NCBI GenBank assembly: GCA_963808125.1
Contig: CAWEEP010000074.1
Span: 116 to 64,115, forward strand
DNA: 64,000 bases
Direction: 5' to 3'
Origin: Candidatus Dormiibacterota bacterium
Lineage (GTDB): Bacteria > Chloroflexota > Dormibacteria > Aeolococcales > Aeolococcaceae
Made by a program: the position numbers and the translations under genes. Below, piece by piece: positions 37,533 through 47,508 of the stretch (positions within the stretch are counted from its first letter, which is position 1; each line of letters starts with the position of its first letter). The notes beneath the pieces were generated by a model. The model saw only the letters and a list, made by a program, of their open reading frames with translations, made no database searches and was not told the DNA's origin.

Positions 37533-37608
37533 TGGTCCCAGGGGGTGGACTCGAACCACCGATACACGGTTTTACAGACCGCTGCCTTGGCCACTTGGCT
37601 ACCCTGGG
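37533..37608 (-). tRNA. tRNA-Tyr (anticodon GUA), class I architecture (5-nt variable loop), C1:G72, A73, CCA encoded
   Basis: Reverse complement CCCAGGGTAGCCAAGTGGCCAAGGCAGCGGTCTGTAAAACCGTGTATCGGTGGTTCGAGTCCACCCCCTGGGACCA. Acceptor CCCAGGG/CCCTGGG, D-arm GCC(A)-AGTGGCCA-(A)GGC, anticodon arm GCGGT-CTGTAAA-ACCGT, variable GTATC, T-arm GGTGG-TTCGAGT-CCACC. Confidence 0.9.
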
Positions 37609-37756
37609 ATGCCCTGCGCAGCATAAAGGCTCGGCGAACGGGCAAGCGGCCGCCGGCCGGCCCGTCTCCGGCGCTGGTGAGTGGCCCCGCCCGGCGATCC
37701 GCGGGCCCCCGACCCGTTGGCCGCCGACCCGGGCGGTGGGGTTTGCCACCCGGTCC

Positions 37757-37785
37757 TTGCATCCGGCCAACGTATAACGTATCCT
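37757..37785 (+). promoter_or_regulatory. candidate sigma-70-type promoter TTGCAT-N17-TATCCT for the arsR-ino1 operon, overlapping a tandem heptamer AACGTAT AACGTAT (37769..37782)
   Basis: The hexamers and 17-nt spacing were read directly. The site lies about 18 nt upstream of the ArsR ATG in the only AT-rich stretch of this intergenic region. Confidence 0.35.
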
Positions 37786-37802
37786 TTATTCAAGGCATCT
37801 TT

Positions 37803-38219
37803 ATGAAAGAGTCCGTTATGCGTCCCCATTCGCCGCGGCGGGCCGTCCCCGGGGCCATTGCCGCCGGGGCTTTCGACCTCTCCGTGCACTTCGAAGGGCT
37901 GGCCAACCCGACGCGCCTCGCGGTCGTCGAGGTGCTCGCCAGAGGCGGTGAGGTGAGGGTCTCCGAGCTCGCTGAGCTCTGCAAGGTCAGCCAGCCGCGG
38001 ATGAGCTGGCACCTGCGCATCCTCCGCCACGCCCAGGTGGTCTCCACCCGGCCGGAGGGGCGCGAGGTCTTCTGCCGGCTCGACCGCGAATCCATCGCCC
38101 GCCACCTGCAGAGCTTCGTCCAGATCCTCGGCCGCGACACCGGCGACACCGGTGGCTTTGCCGAGCTGAACCGGTCCATAGAGGCGTCGCTGACGCCCAT
38201 CAGTGAGGGAATGCCGTGA
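37803..38219 (+). CDS. ArsR/SmtB-family transcriptional regulator
   Basis: [62 protein letters not shown] is an ArsR wHTH. Its stop overlaps the ino1 GTG (GTGA). Confidence 0.85.
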   Translation: MKESVMRPHSPRRAVPGAIAAGAFDLSVHFEGLANPTRLAVVEVLARGGEVRVSELAELCKVSQPRMSWHLRILRHAQVVSTRPEGREVFCRLDRESIARHLQSFVQILGRDTGDTGGFAELNRSIEASLTPISEGMP

Positions 38220-39376
38220 GCGACAAGGTCCGTGTGGCCATCATCGGGGTGGGCAACTGCGCCTCATCCCTGGTCCAGGGTGTCGAGTATTACAAGGACG
38301 CGGACCCGGAGACCATGGTCCCCGGGCTGATGCACGTCAATCTCGGCGGCTACCACATCTCCGATATCGAGTTCTCCGCCGCCGTCGACATCGACGTCGA
38401 GAAGGTGGGCAAGGACCTCAGCGAGGCCATCTTCAGCGGTCAGAACAACACGGTGAAGTTCTCCGACGTGCCCACCAAGGGGATCAAGGTGGTCCGCGGC
38501 ATGACCCATGACGGCCTCGGCAAGTACCTGAAGGAGGTCATCGTCAAGGCGCCCGGTCCCACCGCCGACATCGTCGGCATCCTCAAGGACACCGGCACCG
38601 ACGTCGTCGTCAACTACCTCCCCGTGGGCAGCGAGGAGGCCACCAAGTGGTACACCGAGCAGATTCTCGCCGCCGGCTGCGCGATGGTCAACTGCATGCC
38701 CGTCTTCATCGCTCGTGAGGACTACTGGCAGGAGCGCTTCCGCAAGGCCGGCGTCCCCGTCATCGGCGACGACATCAAGTCACAGGTGGGCGCCACCATC
38801 GTGCACCGCGTTCTCACCCGGCTCTTCCGCGACCGCGGCGTCGAGATCGAGCGGATGTACCAGCTCAACTTCGGCGGCAACACGGACTTTCTCAACATGC
38901 TGGAGCGCGAGCGTCTGGTCAGCAAGAAGATCAGCAAGACCAACAGCGTCCGCTCCCAGCTCAACCAGCCGCTCGCCGACCGCAACATCCACATCGGCCC
39001 CTCCGACTACGTGCCCTGGCTCAACGACCGCAAGTGGTGCTACATCCGCATGGAAGGCAAGTCCTTCGGCGACGTGCCCATCAATGTCGAACTGAAACTC
39101 GAGGTCCACAACTCGCCCAACAGCGCGGGCATCGTCATCGACGCCGTCCGCTGCTGCAAGCTGGGCCTGGATCGCGGCCTCTCGGGCACGCTGGAAGGAC
39201 CCGCCTCCTACTTCATGAAGTCGCCACCCAAGCAGTACTCCGACAGCGTCGCCCGCGACCTGACCGAGGCCTTCATCGCCGGGGGACCGTCCACGGTGGG
39301 CAACGGCCACTCCCGGGCGGCGGCCCGCCAGTCGGCCTCGCCGAAGACGGCCACATCCGACCCAACAGTCGGCTAA
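38216..39376 (+). CDS. ino1: myo-inositol-1-phosphate synthase
   Basis: [93 protein letters not shown]. Confidence 0.92.
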   Translation: MSDKVRVAIIGVGNCASSLVQGVEYYKDADPETMVPGLMHVNLGGYHISDIEFSAAVDIDVEKVGKDLSEAIFSGQNNTVKFSDVPTKGIKVVRGMTHDGLGKYLKEVIVKAPGPTADIVGILKDTGTDVVVNYLPVGSEEATKWYTEQILAAGCAMVNCMPVFIAREDYWQERFRKAGVPVIGDDIKSQVGATIVHRVLTRLFRDRGVEIERMYQLNFGGNTDFLNMLERERLVSKKISKTNSVRSQLNQPLADRNIHIGPSDYVPWLNDRKWCYIRMEGKSFGDVPINVELKLEVHNSPNSAGIVIDAVRCCKLGLDRGLSGTLEGPASYFMKSPPKQYSDSVARDLTEAFIAGGPSTVGNGHSRAAARQSASPKTATSDPTVG

Positions 39377-39481
39377 CCTCCTCACCGTGTCCAGTGCCCT
39401 GCGCCGGCCGCCCGGCGGCGGATCGAGGTTCCGGGCGCCCGGGCGGGCGCCCGGAACTCGTCGCCGCATCCCGGAGCCGGC

Positions 39482-40477
39482 GTGACGGGGGGCCCCACCC
39501 CCGGCCGGAGCGGGCCCCCGGTGCCGCTAGTCGTCGCCACCCACGGCGACGACGGTTCGATGCTGCCCTACTACGGCTACCGTGTCGCCGAGGCCCTGGT
39601 CAGGGTCCTGCACCGCCGCGCCGCCTACGTTCTGGGGGTGGCCTGCGCCGACACGGTGCGCCTGGTCCGCCCAGGCTCGGTGCGGGCGCTGCGCTGGAAT
39701 CTCTCGCACGTGCTCCCCGGCGCCAGCCCCCGCGAGTTGCGCAGGGTGGTCCGCAAGAATCTGCGCGACCAGGCGCGCTTCTGGGTCGACGTCATCAGCA
39801 TGCGCTTCGAGGGCGAGGGCATCCGCGGGGGGCTCACCGTCGGGGAAGGCGGGCGGGAGCGATACCAGGCGGCGCTGGCAACCGGGAGAGGCGTCGCCGT
39901 CATCTCCCTGCACCTCGGCAGCTGGGAGCGGGGGCTCGCCGCCGGCAACAATCTCGGCTACCCGCTGGCCCTGCTCGCCGAGTACATGAGGCCGCGCAAG
40001 CTCTTCGACCGGGTGGTGGGCGCTCGAGTGGCGCAGGGCGTCCACGTCGTCCCCATCGACATCGCCGGCATCCGCATTGCCGACGAGGCCACCGCCCGGC
40101 GGCTCGGCGCGGCGGCCATGCGGGACGTGTTCCGCATCCTCAAGAGCGGCGGTGCCATCGCCCTGGCCATGGACCGCGACCTCATCGGCAACGGCGAGCT
40201 CTATCCGTTCTTCGGCGCCCCGGCACCCATTCCGGTCGGGGTCGTCGACGCTGCCATGCGGGCGGGATCGATCGTCATGCCTGTCTTCCTTCCCCGCATC
40301 CCGGGTGGGGTGGAGGTCCACATCGGCCCGGAGATCCCCTATGACGCCGCCGCCCCCCACGCCGACGAGGTCCACCGCGTGGTGATGGAGATCCTCGCCG
40401 TCTTCGAGAAGGTGATCGGCGACCATCCCGAGCAGTGGCACGTCCTCGATCCCATCTGGGAGATGCCGGAAGGATGA
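39482..40477 (+). CDS. lysophospholipid/lauroyl acyltransferase family protein (PIM acyltransferase PatA-like by context)
   Basis: VISLHLGSWERG (HX4D-type region; here H..E), AMDRD, and the position between ino1 and pimA. The start is uncertain (GTG at 39482 or ATG at 39560). Confidence 0.65.
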   Translation: MTGGPTPGRSGPPVPLVVATHGDDGSMLPYYGYRVAEALVRVLHRRAAYVLGVACADTVRLVRPGSVRALRWNLSHVLPGASPRELRRVVRKNLRDQARFWVDVISMRFEGEGIRGGLTVGEGGRERYQAALATGRGVAVISLHLGSWERGLAAGNNLGYPLALLAEYMRPRKLFDRVVGARVAQGVHVVPIDIAGIRIADEATARRLGAAAMRDVFRILKSGGAIALAMDRDLIGNGELYPFFGAPAPIPVGVVDAAMRAGSIVMPVFLPRIPGGVEVHIGPEIPYDAAAPHADEVHRVVMEILAVFEKVIGDHPEQWHVLDPIWEMPEG

Positions 40478-41626
40478 GGATCTGCCTCGTCTCCCCTTAC
40501 GACTTCGTCCACCCGGGCGGGGTCACCGAGCACGTCCGCCACCTCGCCGACGAGCTCCGCCGCCGCGGCCACGAGGTCACCATCCTGGCGCCATCGTCGA
40601 GCGTCCCCGACGATCACGGCATCCCCGGCTACGTCCGCATCGGCCGCAGCGTCCCGGTGCGCAGCAACGGTTCGGTGGCCCGCCTCGCCCTCTCCTTCCA
40701 CCTGGTGCGGAGGGTGCGCTCGCTGCTCAGCAAGTCGGACTTCGACGTCGTCCACTACCACGAGCCGCTGGTGCCCGGGTTGCCCCTCACCACCCTGCGC
40801 TTCCATCGCGGCGTCAACGTCGCCACCTTCCACGCCAGCGCCCGGCGCAACCTCGGCTACTACTACGGCCGCCCCGTGCTGCGCCGCTACTTCAATCGCC
40901 TACACGCCTGCATCTGTGTCAGCGAGGCGGCGCGTGAGTTCATCGCCCAGTACTTCGACGGGGACTTCACCATCGTTCCCAACGGCATCGACGGGACGCG
41001 CTTCCACCCCGACCTCCCCATCGTCCCAGAGCTGCGCACCGAGGGCAAGGCCACCATCCTCTTCGTCGGCCGCATGGAGCACCGCAAGGGGCTCCCCGTC
41101 CTTCTCGACGCCTACGCCCGGCTCCGCCGCGAGCGGGCCGACTGCCGGCTGGTCATCGTCGGCGACGGTCCGATGCGCTGGGCGTACGAGCAGCAGTGCG
41201 AGGCCAAGGGCGTCCCCGACGTCGCCTTCCTAGGCCACGTGTCCGCCGCCATGCTGCCCCGCATCTACGCCAGCTCGGACATCTTCTGCACCCCGGCGTC
41301 GGGAGGGGAGAGCTTCGGCATCGTCCTCCTCGAGGCGATGGCCAGCGGCGTGCCGGTGCTGGCCTCGGCCATCCCGGGTTTCGCCCAGGTGGTGGAGTCG
41401 GGCAGCGACGGCAGGCTCGTCCCACCCCGCCAGCCCGAGGCCTGGTCGCGCGAGATCGCCGCCCTTCTCGACGACCCCGAGCTGCGGCGGAGCATGGGTC
41501 GCAACGGCATCGCCAAGGCGCGGCGCTACGACTGGAGCGTCGTTGTCGAACTCCATCCTCGACGTGTACGACCTGGCGCAGCAGCGGTCGCAGGCCCACC
41601 TGGTCGCGGCGAGCACCGCGACGTGA
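40474..41626 (+). CDS. pimA: GT4 glycosyltransferase, phosphatidylinositol alpha-mannosyltransferase PimA-like; 1-nt insertion near 41545
   Basis: MRICLVSPYDFVHPGGVTEHV, FVGRMEHRKGL, ESFGIVLLEAMASGVPVLAS. The C-terminus YDWSVV|SNSILDVYDLA is recovered by removing one G. The ATG overlaps the preceding stop (ATGA). The alternative end is 41637 in the track frame. Confidence 0.85.
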
Positions 41627-41636
41627 GCGGCGCCTG

Positions 41637-42240
41637 ATGTTCACCCAGCGCATCCAGGACTGGGTGCGGGCCCGTGCCCGTGGGCTCGTCACCTTCCTCC
41701 ATCTGCGGCGCGTCTCCCCCAACACCCTCACCATGACGGGTCTCGTCGTCACCGTCGGCGCGGCCGTCCTCATCGGCGTCGGATGGCTCATCGCGGGCGG
41801 CGTCGTCCTGCTCTTGGCCGGGCTCTTCGACATCCTCGACGGCGCCGTCGCCCGCGTCACCCACCGCGTGCAGAAGTACGGCGCGTTCCTCGAACTCGAC
41901 GACCGACCGCTACAGCGAGGCCGTCACCTACATCGCCCTCCTCTATCACTTCGTCTCCCGGGCGGGCAACCAGGTGCCGGCGATGCTCGTCATCGTCGCC
42001 CTCAGCGGATCGCTGCTCGTCTCCTACGTCCGGGCGCGCGCTCAGTCACTGGGTTTCGTCTGTGACGGCGGCGTGCTGGCCCGGCCCGAGCGCGTCGTCA
42101 TCACCGTCGCCGGCTTGATCGTCCCCGTGCTGCTCGTCCCCGCCCTCTGGGTGCTGGCGGTGCTCACCAACGTCACCGCCCTGCAGCGCATCTGGTTCGT
42201 CTGGCGCCAAGCGCGCCACGCCGCCCCGGCCGACGTCTGA
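41637..42240 (+). CDS. pgsA: CDP-alcohol phosphatidyltransferase (phosphatidylinositol-phosphate synthase-like); 1-nt insertion near 41893
   Basis: PNTLTMTGL, the DILDGAVAR ... GAFLD|STTDRYSEAV signature (DG-x2-AR...G-x3-D-x3-D), restored by removing one A. The C-terminal TMs lie in ORF 41974..42240. Confidence 0.82.
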
Positions 42241-42272
42241 GCCGGGCCCGGGTCGTGGGCGCCGGTGCCCCC

Positions 42273-43034
42273 TCACACGATCTGGATGACGTTCACCAGG
42301 TTGAAACACGCGTGGACGCCCATCCCGGGCAGCAGCGAGCCCGAGTACTCATAGAGGAGTGCCAGGACCACCCCCAGCAGGGCGAGGGGGAGGAAGAGGA
42401 GCAGCTCGCTCTGCGTCCCGTAGGAGACGTGAGCGGCGGCGAAGACGCAGCCCGACAGGGCTGCCGCCGCCGGCACGCCGAGGCGCCGCCGCATCCAGCC
42501 GTAGACGAAACCGCGGAAGAACGTCTCCTCGGCCATGGGGGCCACCACGGACACGGCGAGGATGGCCAACGCCAGGTCGTGCCCGTATTCCTGCTGGATC
42601 GCGCCGACCTGGGCGTTCTGGATCTGCGTCAGCGACTGGAGGGCGTCGAAGAGGGCGCCGAGGAACAGCAGGGAGAGCACCGCCGCCACCACGGCGACCG
42701 GGAGCCAGCGCAGCCGTGGGAGCCGCCAGCCCAGCGTCCCCAGGCCGGCATGGCGTCGGCCCATCACCAGGACCAAGACGGCCCCCACCCCGACCAGGTA
42801 GGTCACCGTCTGCAAGAGGAGGCTGCCGGCGGCCGTCTGCGACTGGGGGCTCAGGCTCCGCACCAGGCTCCGGCCAAAGGCCTCGACCGGAGAGGCCAGG
42901 AGGATCGTGCCGGCGACGGCGAGGCCGGCGAAGAAGAGAAGAAAGAAGAGGAGGATGTCGCTCCGATCCCAGGGCGTCCGGGTGAGTGGCCGGCCGTCCC
43001 CTGTCGCGTCGGGATGGGACGGGGCTGCGCTCAT
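42273..43034 (-). CDS. CPBP-family intramembrane metalloprotease (CAAX protease-like)
   Basis: APMAEETFFRGFVYG (EExxxR), FAAAHV, GVHACFNLV. Starts at the ATG of MSAAPSHPD. Confidence 0.8.
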   Translation of the reverse strand: MSAAPSHPDATGDGRPLTRTPWDRSDILLFFLLFFAGLAVAGTILLASPVEAFGRSLVRSLSPQSQTAAGSLLLQTVTYLVGVGAVLVLVMGRRHAGLGTLGWRLPRLRWLPVAVVAAVLSLLFLGALFDALQSLTQIQNAQVGAIQQEYGHDLALAILAVSVVAPMAEETFFRGFVYGWMRRRLGVPAAAALSGCVFAAAHVSYGTQSELLLFLPLALLGVVLALLYEYSGSLLPGMGVHACFNLVNVIQIV

Positions 43035-43103
43035 CGCGCCCATTCTGGCGCTCCCCTCCGGGCGCATGGGCGGCCACCACGCCGGGCACGGCGGGGTCCG
43101 CGC

Positions 43104-44130
43104 GTGCCGCCGTATAGACTGCTCGCCGTGCCTCTCGGCGATCTCCTGGGCAATGCCGATTCGGTCGGCTGGATCCGCGACGCCCTGGGCGCCGGACGGC
43201 TTGGGCACGCCCTGCTCCTCACCGGTCCTGACCAGGTGGGCAAGACGACGCTGCTCCTCGCCGTCGCCGCCGAGCTGCTCCCCGCAGGCGGGTGGCCCGG
43301 CGACCCAACGACGCACCCCGACCTCTGGCTGGAGGACGGCCCCGCCGAGCGAATCGGCATCGAGAGGATGCGATCCGGGCGCGAGCCCGGCAGCCTCCAG
43401 GAGTTCCTCAGCCTGCGCGCCTACGCCGGGGGCGCCCGCGCCGCCGTCATCGCCCGCGCCGAGCGGCTCACCGAGCCCGCCGCCAACTCCCTGCTGAAGA
43501 CGATCGAGGAGCCGCCGCCGGGCAGTCACATCCTTCTCACCGCCGAGAACCCGGAACGGCTGCCCGACACCATCGTGTCGCGCTGCCAGCGGCTCAGCCT
43601 CGGGCCCGTCCCGGCCGGGGCTATCGAGGTCTGGCTCCATGACCGCCACGGCATCGCCGAGGCGACCGCGGCGGTGGCCGCCGAACTGGCCGCCGGCCGG
43701 CCGGGACGCGCGCTGCAGCTGGCCGTCGACCCGGCAGCCCTCTCCCGCCGAGCTGGCCTGCCTCGATCAGTTCCTGGCGGCGGGCGGCGGCGGCACCGTG
43801 GCGGCTCTTGCGGCGGCGGCGGAACTGGCCCCGGGTCCCGGCGCGGAGGGCCGTCGGCGGCTACTCCTGAACCTTGCCGTCTGGGCGTCCTTCGTCCGCG
43901 ATGCGGCGCTGCACGCGGCGGGCGCCCCCGAGATGGCCCGCTGGCGGAGCCGGAGCGCGGCGCTGGAGCGCTGGGCCCAGGTGCTTCCCCTGAATCGCAG
44001 CAGCCTGATCCTGGACCTCCTTCTCCAGGCGAGCTCCGATGCGGCCGCCAACGCCCACCCGCGGCTCCTCCTGGAGGCGCTCTTCCTCGACATCTTCGGC
44101 GGCATCCCCGCCCCGCCCCGGGTCCCCTGA
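43104..44130 (+). CDS. holB: DNA polymerase III subunit delta prime; frameshift near 43745
   Basis: GHALLLTGPDQVGKTTL, AANSLLKTIEEPP, TIVSRCQ. The C-terminal domain lies in ORF 43639..44130. The start is uncertain (GTG at 43104 or 43128). Confidence 0.82.
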
Positions 44131-44363
44131 CGCCCGCCGGAGTTGCGAGATGCGCGCCAGCGGCCGGGGCTGGTGACGGCGCGGTCACGGAGTGGTCGCG
44201 GACCGTGAGGGGACGTCATCCTCTGTCGGCAAACGTCAATCCCCGTCACCCAGCCTCCGCATCGTGCAGCGGCGCTGTCACAGGCGCGGAGAGATGATGC
44301 GGCCGATGTAGCCCGGCCAGCGTGCGTGGCCTGGCGGTGGCCTGGGTGCACAGAAAGGGCGTC

Positions 44364-46347
44364 GTGGACATCCTCCGGGGGGCACAATCGCGCTTCGAGC
44401 GGCTTCGCGGCCGCTACTTCACCCGGTTCCTGGGCGGGATCCTCATCGTCTGCGTCCCCGTCATGGGGGCGATGGTCCTGGTGCTCACCAGCGTCTCGGG
44501 CGGCAGCCTCGCCTCCGCGACCTCGGTCGGGGTCCAGGGGGTCGCCCAGCAGGTGGCCAGCAAGGTGGAACTCCTGGGTGCAGGACCGCGAGCGCGAACT
44601 GACCCAGCTCGCCGCGGTCATCAACAGCTCCAACGCCCCCAGCGCCCAGGCCGCCATCCCGCTGCTGGCCAAGGCCAGCTTCAACGATCCCTTCGTGGTC
44701 CTGGAGCTCGTCGGTTCCGACGGCAGCCTCGAGGCCGCCAACAGCGTGTCCAACGAGGTCGACGTCAACGGCCAATCGTGGGTCAGCGCCACGGTGGAGT
44801 CCGGGCAGCCGTACGTCGGCGACATCACCATGAACGCCTCGAGCACCGACCTGCAGTGGCTCATGGCGGTTCCCGCGAACACCAGCAACTTCAGCTTCAA
44901 GGGCCTTCTCGTCGGCGCCATCGGCCTGCAGACCTGGGTCGGGGCCGGCGGCGGCAGCAATCAGCTCGCCGCCCTCCTCTCCGGTGTCAAGACCGCCACC
45001 GGCGTCTCCAACACCGTCACCGCCGTGGACCAGTCGCACCTCCTGGTCTACAGCTCGACGATGGGCAACCCCTCAGATACCCAGATGATCAAGGACGGCG
45101 CTCTGAAGACGCGCGTCGACAATCCCGCCGTCACCGCGGGACTGACCGGGAGCGTTGGCGCCGCGCGCTTGAGCGTCGACGGTCGCGACACCATCACCGG
45201 ATTCAGCGAGGCCTCCTCCGTCGGCTGGGCGATCACCGTCAACGAGCAGGCCAGCCAGGCGCTGTCAGGCGTCACCGCGCTGACGAACGCCGGTCTCCTC
45301 ACCCTCGGTGTCGGCGTGATCATCCTCATCGCCTTCGCCTACGCGATGGCGCGCCTTGAGGTCCGGCCGATCCTCGCCCTCTCCCGAGCCGCCCGCCGCG
45401 TGTCTGGGGGAGACCTGACCGCCCGGGTCACACCCGCCGGTGCCGTCGAGGTGTCCACCCTCGGTGAGGCCTTCAACCGCATGGTCGAGCGCCTCGAGGG
45501 GCTGGTCAGCCGCGTCCAGGGGACGAGCAGCGACCTCTCCGACTCGGCGACCCGGCTCTCGGCCGCGTCGAACCAACTCGCCGCCACCACGGCCCGGCAG
45601 AGCTCGAGCGCGACGGAGACCTCGGCGAGCATGGAGGAACTCGCCCGGACCTCGGCGCAGATCGCCGAGACGGTGGAGCGCGTGGCCTCTCAGGCGGCCG
45701 ACACCAGAGACAAGCTGGAGCAGGCCCGCGAGGAGATCCTCGCCTCGACGGAGCGGACGCTCAACCTCACCGATCGCGTCCGCGACATCACCAAGATCCT
45801 CTCTCTCATCAATGAGCTCGCCGACCAGACCAACCTGCTGGCCCTCAACGCCGCCATCGAGGCGGCCCGCGCCGGGGAGGCCGGCCGTGGTTTCGCCGTC
45901 GTGGCCGACGAGGTGAGGCGGCTGGCCGATCGCTCCAAGACGCTCGCTTCCGACATCTCCAAGATCACCGAGAGCGTCCAGTCCGAGACCAACGCCACCG
46001 TGATGGCGATGGACAAGGGGGCTGAGCAGCTCAAGGTCGGCCTCTCGCTGATGGAGCACGTCGCCGAGGCCAGCTCGGGCATCCGCCTGGCGACCCAGCA
46101 GCAGCAGTCGGCCACTGAGCAGGTCGTCGAGGCCATGGAGCAGGTGAGGATCGCCAGCGAGCAGGTGTCGACGACGGCCCAGGAGCTCGCCGTGGCCTCG
46201 GGCAGCCAGGCGAGCATGGCCGGCGACCTGAAGCGGGCCTCGACCTACACCGTCGCCGAGGCCCCCGGCGCCAACGGGCACAAGCCGGCGGCGGACGCCG
46301 CCGCGGCCGCTGAAGCGGCCTCGGAAACGGCCGCTCCGCTCAACTAG
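44364..46347 (+). CDS. methyl-accepting chemotaxis protein (periplasmic Cache-like sensor, HAMP, MA domain); frameshift near 44570
   Basis: N-terminal TM in the frame of ORF 44322 ([20 protein letters not shown]), the sensor domain, a second TM, HAMP ([21 protein letters not shown]), and the signalling hairpin [40 protein letters not shown]. Confidence 0.88.
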
Positions 46348-46357
46348 AGGTCGACGT

Positions 46358-46375
46358 ATCACCCATTGGGGTGAT
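46358..46375 (+). terminator. hairpin ATCACCC-ATTG-GGGTGAT 10 nt after the MCP stop
   Basis: Perfect 7-bp stem with a 4-nt loop. A weak T-containing tail (TGAC) follows. Confidence 0.35.
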
Positions 46376-46519
46376 TGACAGTCCCTCGCGAGCCTCCCTA
46401 AAGTTCGGCCCCGGCGAGTTGCGCGACTGCGCCGTCCGCCGATCGGAGGAGAGCATGGGCCGGCAGCAGGAGACAGCGTTGAAGATGGTGAGCCTGCTCG
46501 CCGGTGAGACCGCCTAACC

Positions 46520-47503
46520 GTGCGGGTCATCATCCGCCGGCTTGGCTTCTACCTCCTGACCGCCTGGGTCGCCATCACCGTCAACTTCGCTCTGCCCCGT
46601 CTCGTGCCCGGCAATCCCGTCGCCGGCATGATCGGCCGGCTGACCGAGGGCCACCTCTGCAACGACGCGTGCGTCCTGGCCCTCCAGGAGCAGTTCGGCG
46701 TCGGACTGAACGCCAGCTGGCTGTCCCAGTACGCCAGCTACTGGGGCGACATCTTCCACGGCAACCTCGGCTACTCCTACTTCGAGAGCGCCTCGGTCGG
46801 CTCCCTGATCGGTGCCGCGCTGCCCTGGACGATCGGCTTGCTCGGGCTGGCCACCGTCCTGAGCTTCATTCTCGGCACCCTCATCGGCATCGTCCTGGGC
46901 TGGTTCCGCGGCTCTGCCCTGGACTGGGTGCTGCCCGGGACCACCTTCTTCCAGGGCATCCCCTACTTCTTCCTCGCTCTGGTCCTGCTGATGCTCTTCG
47001 GCACGGTGCTCAAGTGGTTTCCCATCGCCCAGGGCTACGACATCATCAACACCACCCCCGGGTGGAACATGGCCTACATCGGCGGGGTCCTCGACCACGG
47101 GTTCCTGCCCGCACTCACCATCGTCCTTGCCTCCATCGCCGGCTGGATCATGGGCATGCGCAACATGATGGTCATCACCATGGACGAGGACTTCGTCCTG
47201 GTGGCTCGGGCCAAGGGGCTACCCTCGCGGAGGGTCGTCTGGTACGCGGCCCGCAACGCTCTCCTCCCCAGCGTCGCCAACTTCGCGCTCTCCATCAGCC
47301 TGATCGTCGCCGGGCAGCTCCTCGTCGAGATCGTGTTCAGCTACCCGGGCATTGGCAAGCTGCTGTTCGACGCCGTCACCCAGGGCGACTACCCGCTGGT
47401 CGACGGCCTCTTCCTGGTCATCACTCTGGTGGTGCTCGTGGCCAACCTTCTCGCCGACGTGGTGTACGTGTTCATCGACCCCCGAGCCCGTCAGGAGGCC
47501 TGA
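46520..47503 (+). CDS. ABC transporter permease, Opp/Dpp family (DppB-like)
   Basis: VIIRRLGFYLLTAWVAITVNFALPRLVPGNP, DFVLVARAKGL, PGIGKLL. Confidence 0.88.
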   Translation: MRVIIRRLGFYLLTAWVAITVNFALPRLVPGNPVAGMIGRLTEGHLCNDACVLALQEQFGVGLNASWLSQYASYWGDIFHGNLGYSYFESASVGSLIGAALPWTIGLLGLATVLSFILGTLIGIVLGWFRGSALDWVLPGTTFFQGIPYFFLALVLLMLFGTVLKWFPIAQGYDIINTTPGWNMAYIGGVLDHGFLPALTIVLASIAGWIMGMRNMMVITMDEDFVLVARAKGLPSRRVVWYAARNALLPSVANFALSISLIVAGQLLVEIVFSYPGIGKLLFDAVTQGDYPLVDGLFLVITLVVLVANLLADVVYVFIDPRARQEA

Positions 47504-47508
47504 CCCGG

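Noticed and set aside
37488-37700. T-box leader upstream of tyrS, as in many Gram-positive tyrS genes.
   Set aside because: The upstream space is occupied by a tRNA gene and a 45-nt spacer. No specifier loop or T-box sequence is visible.
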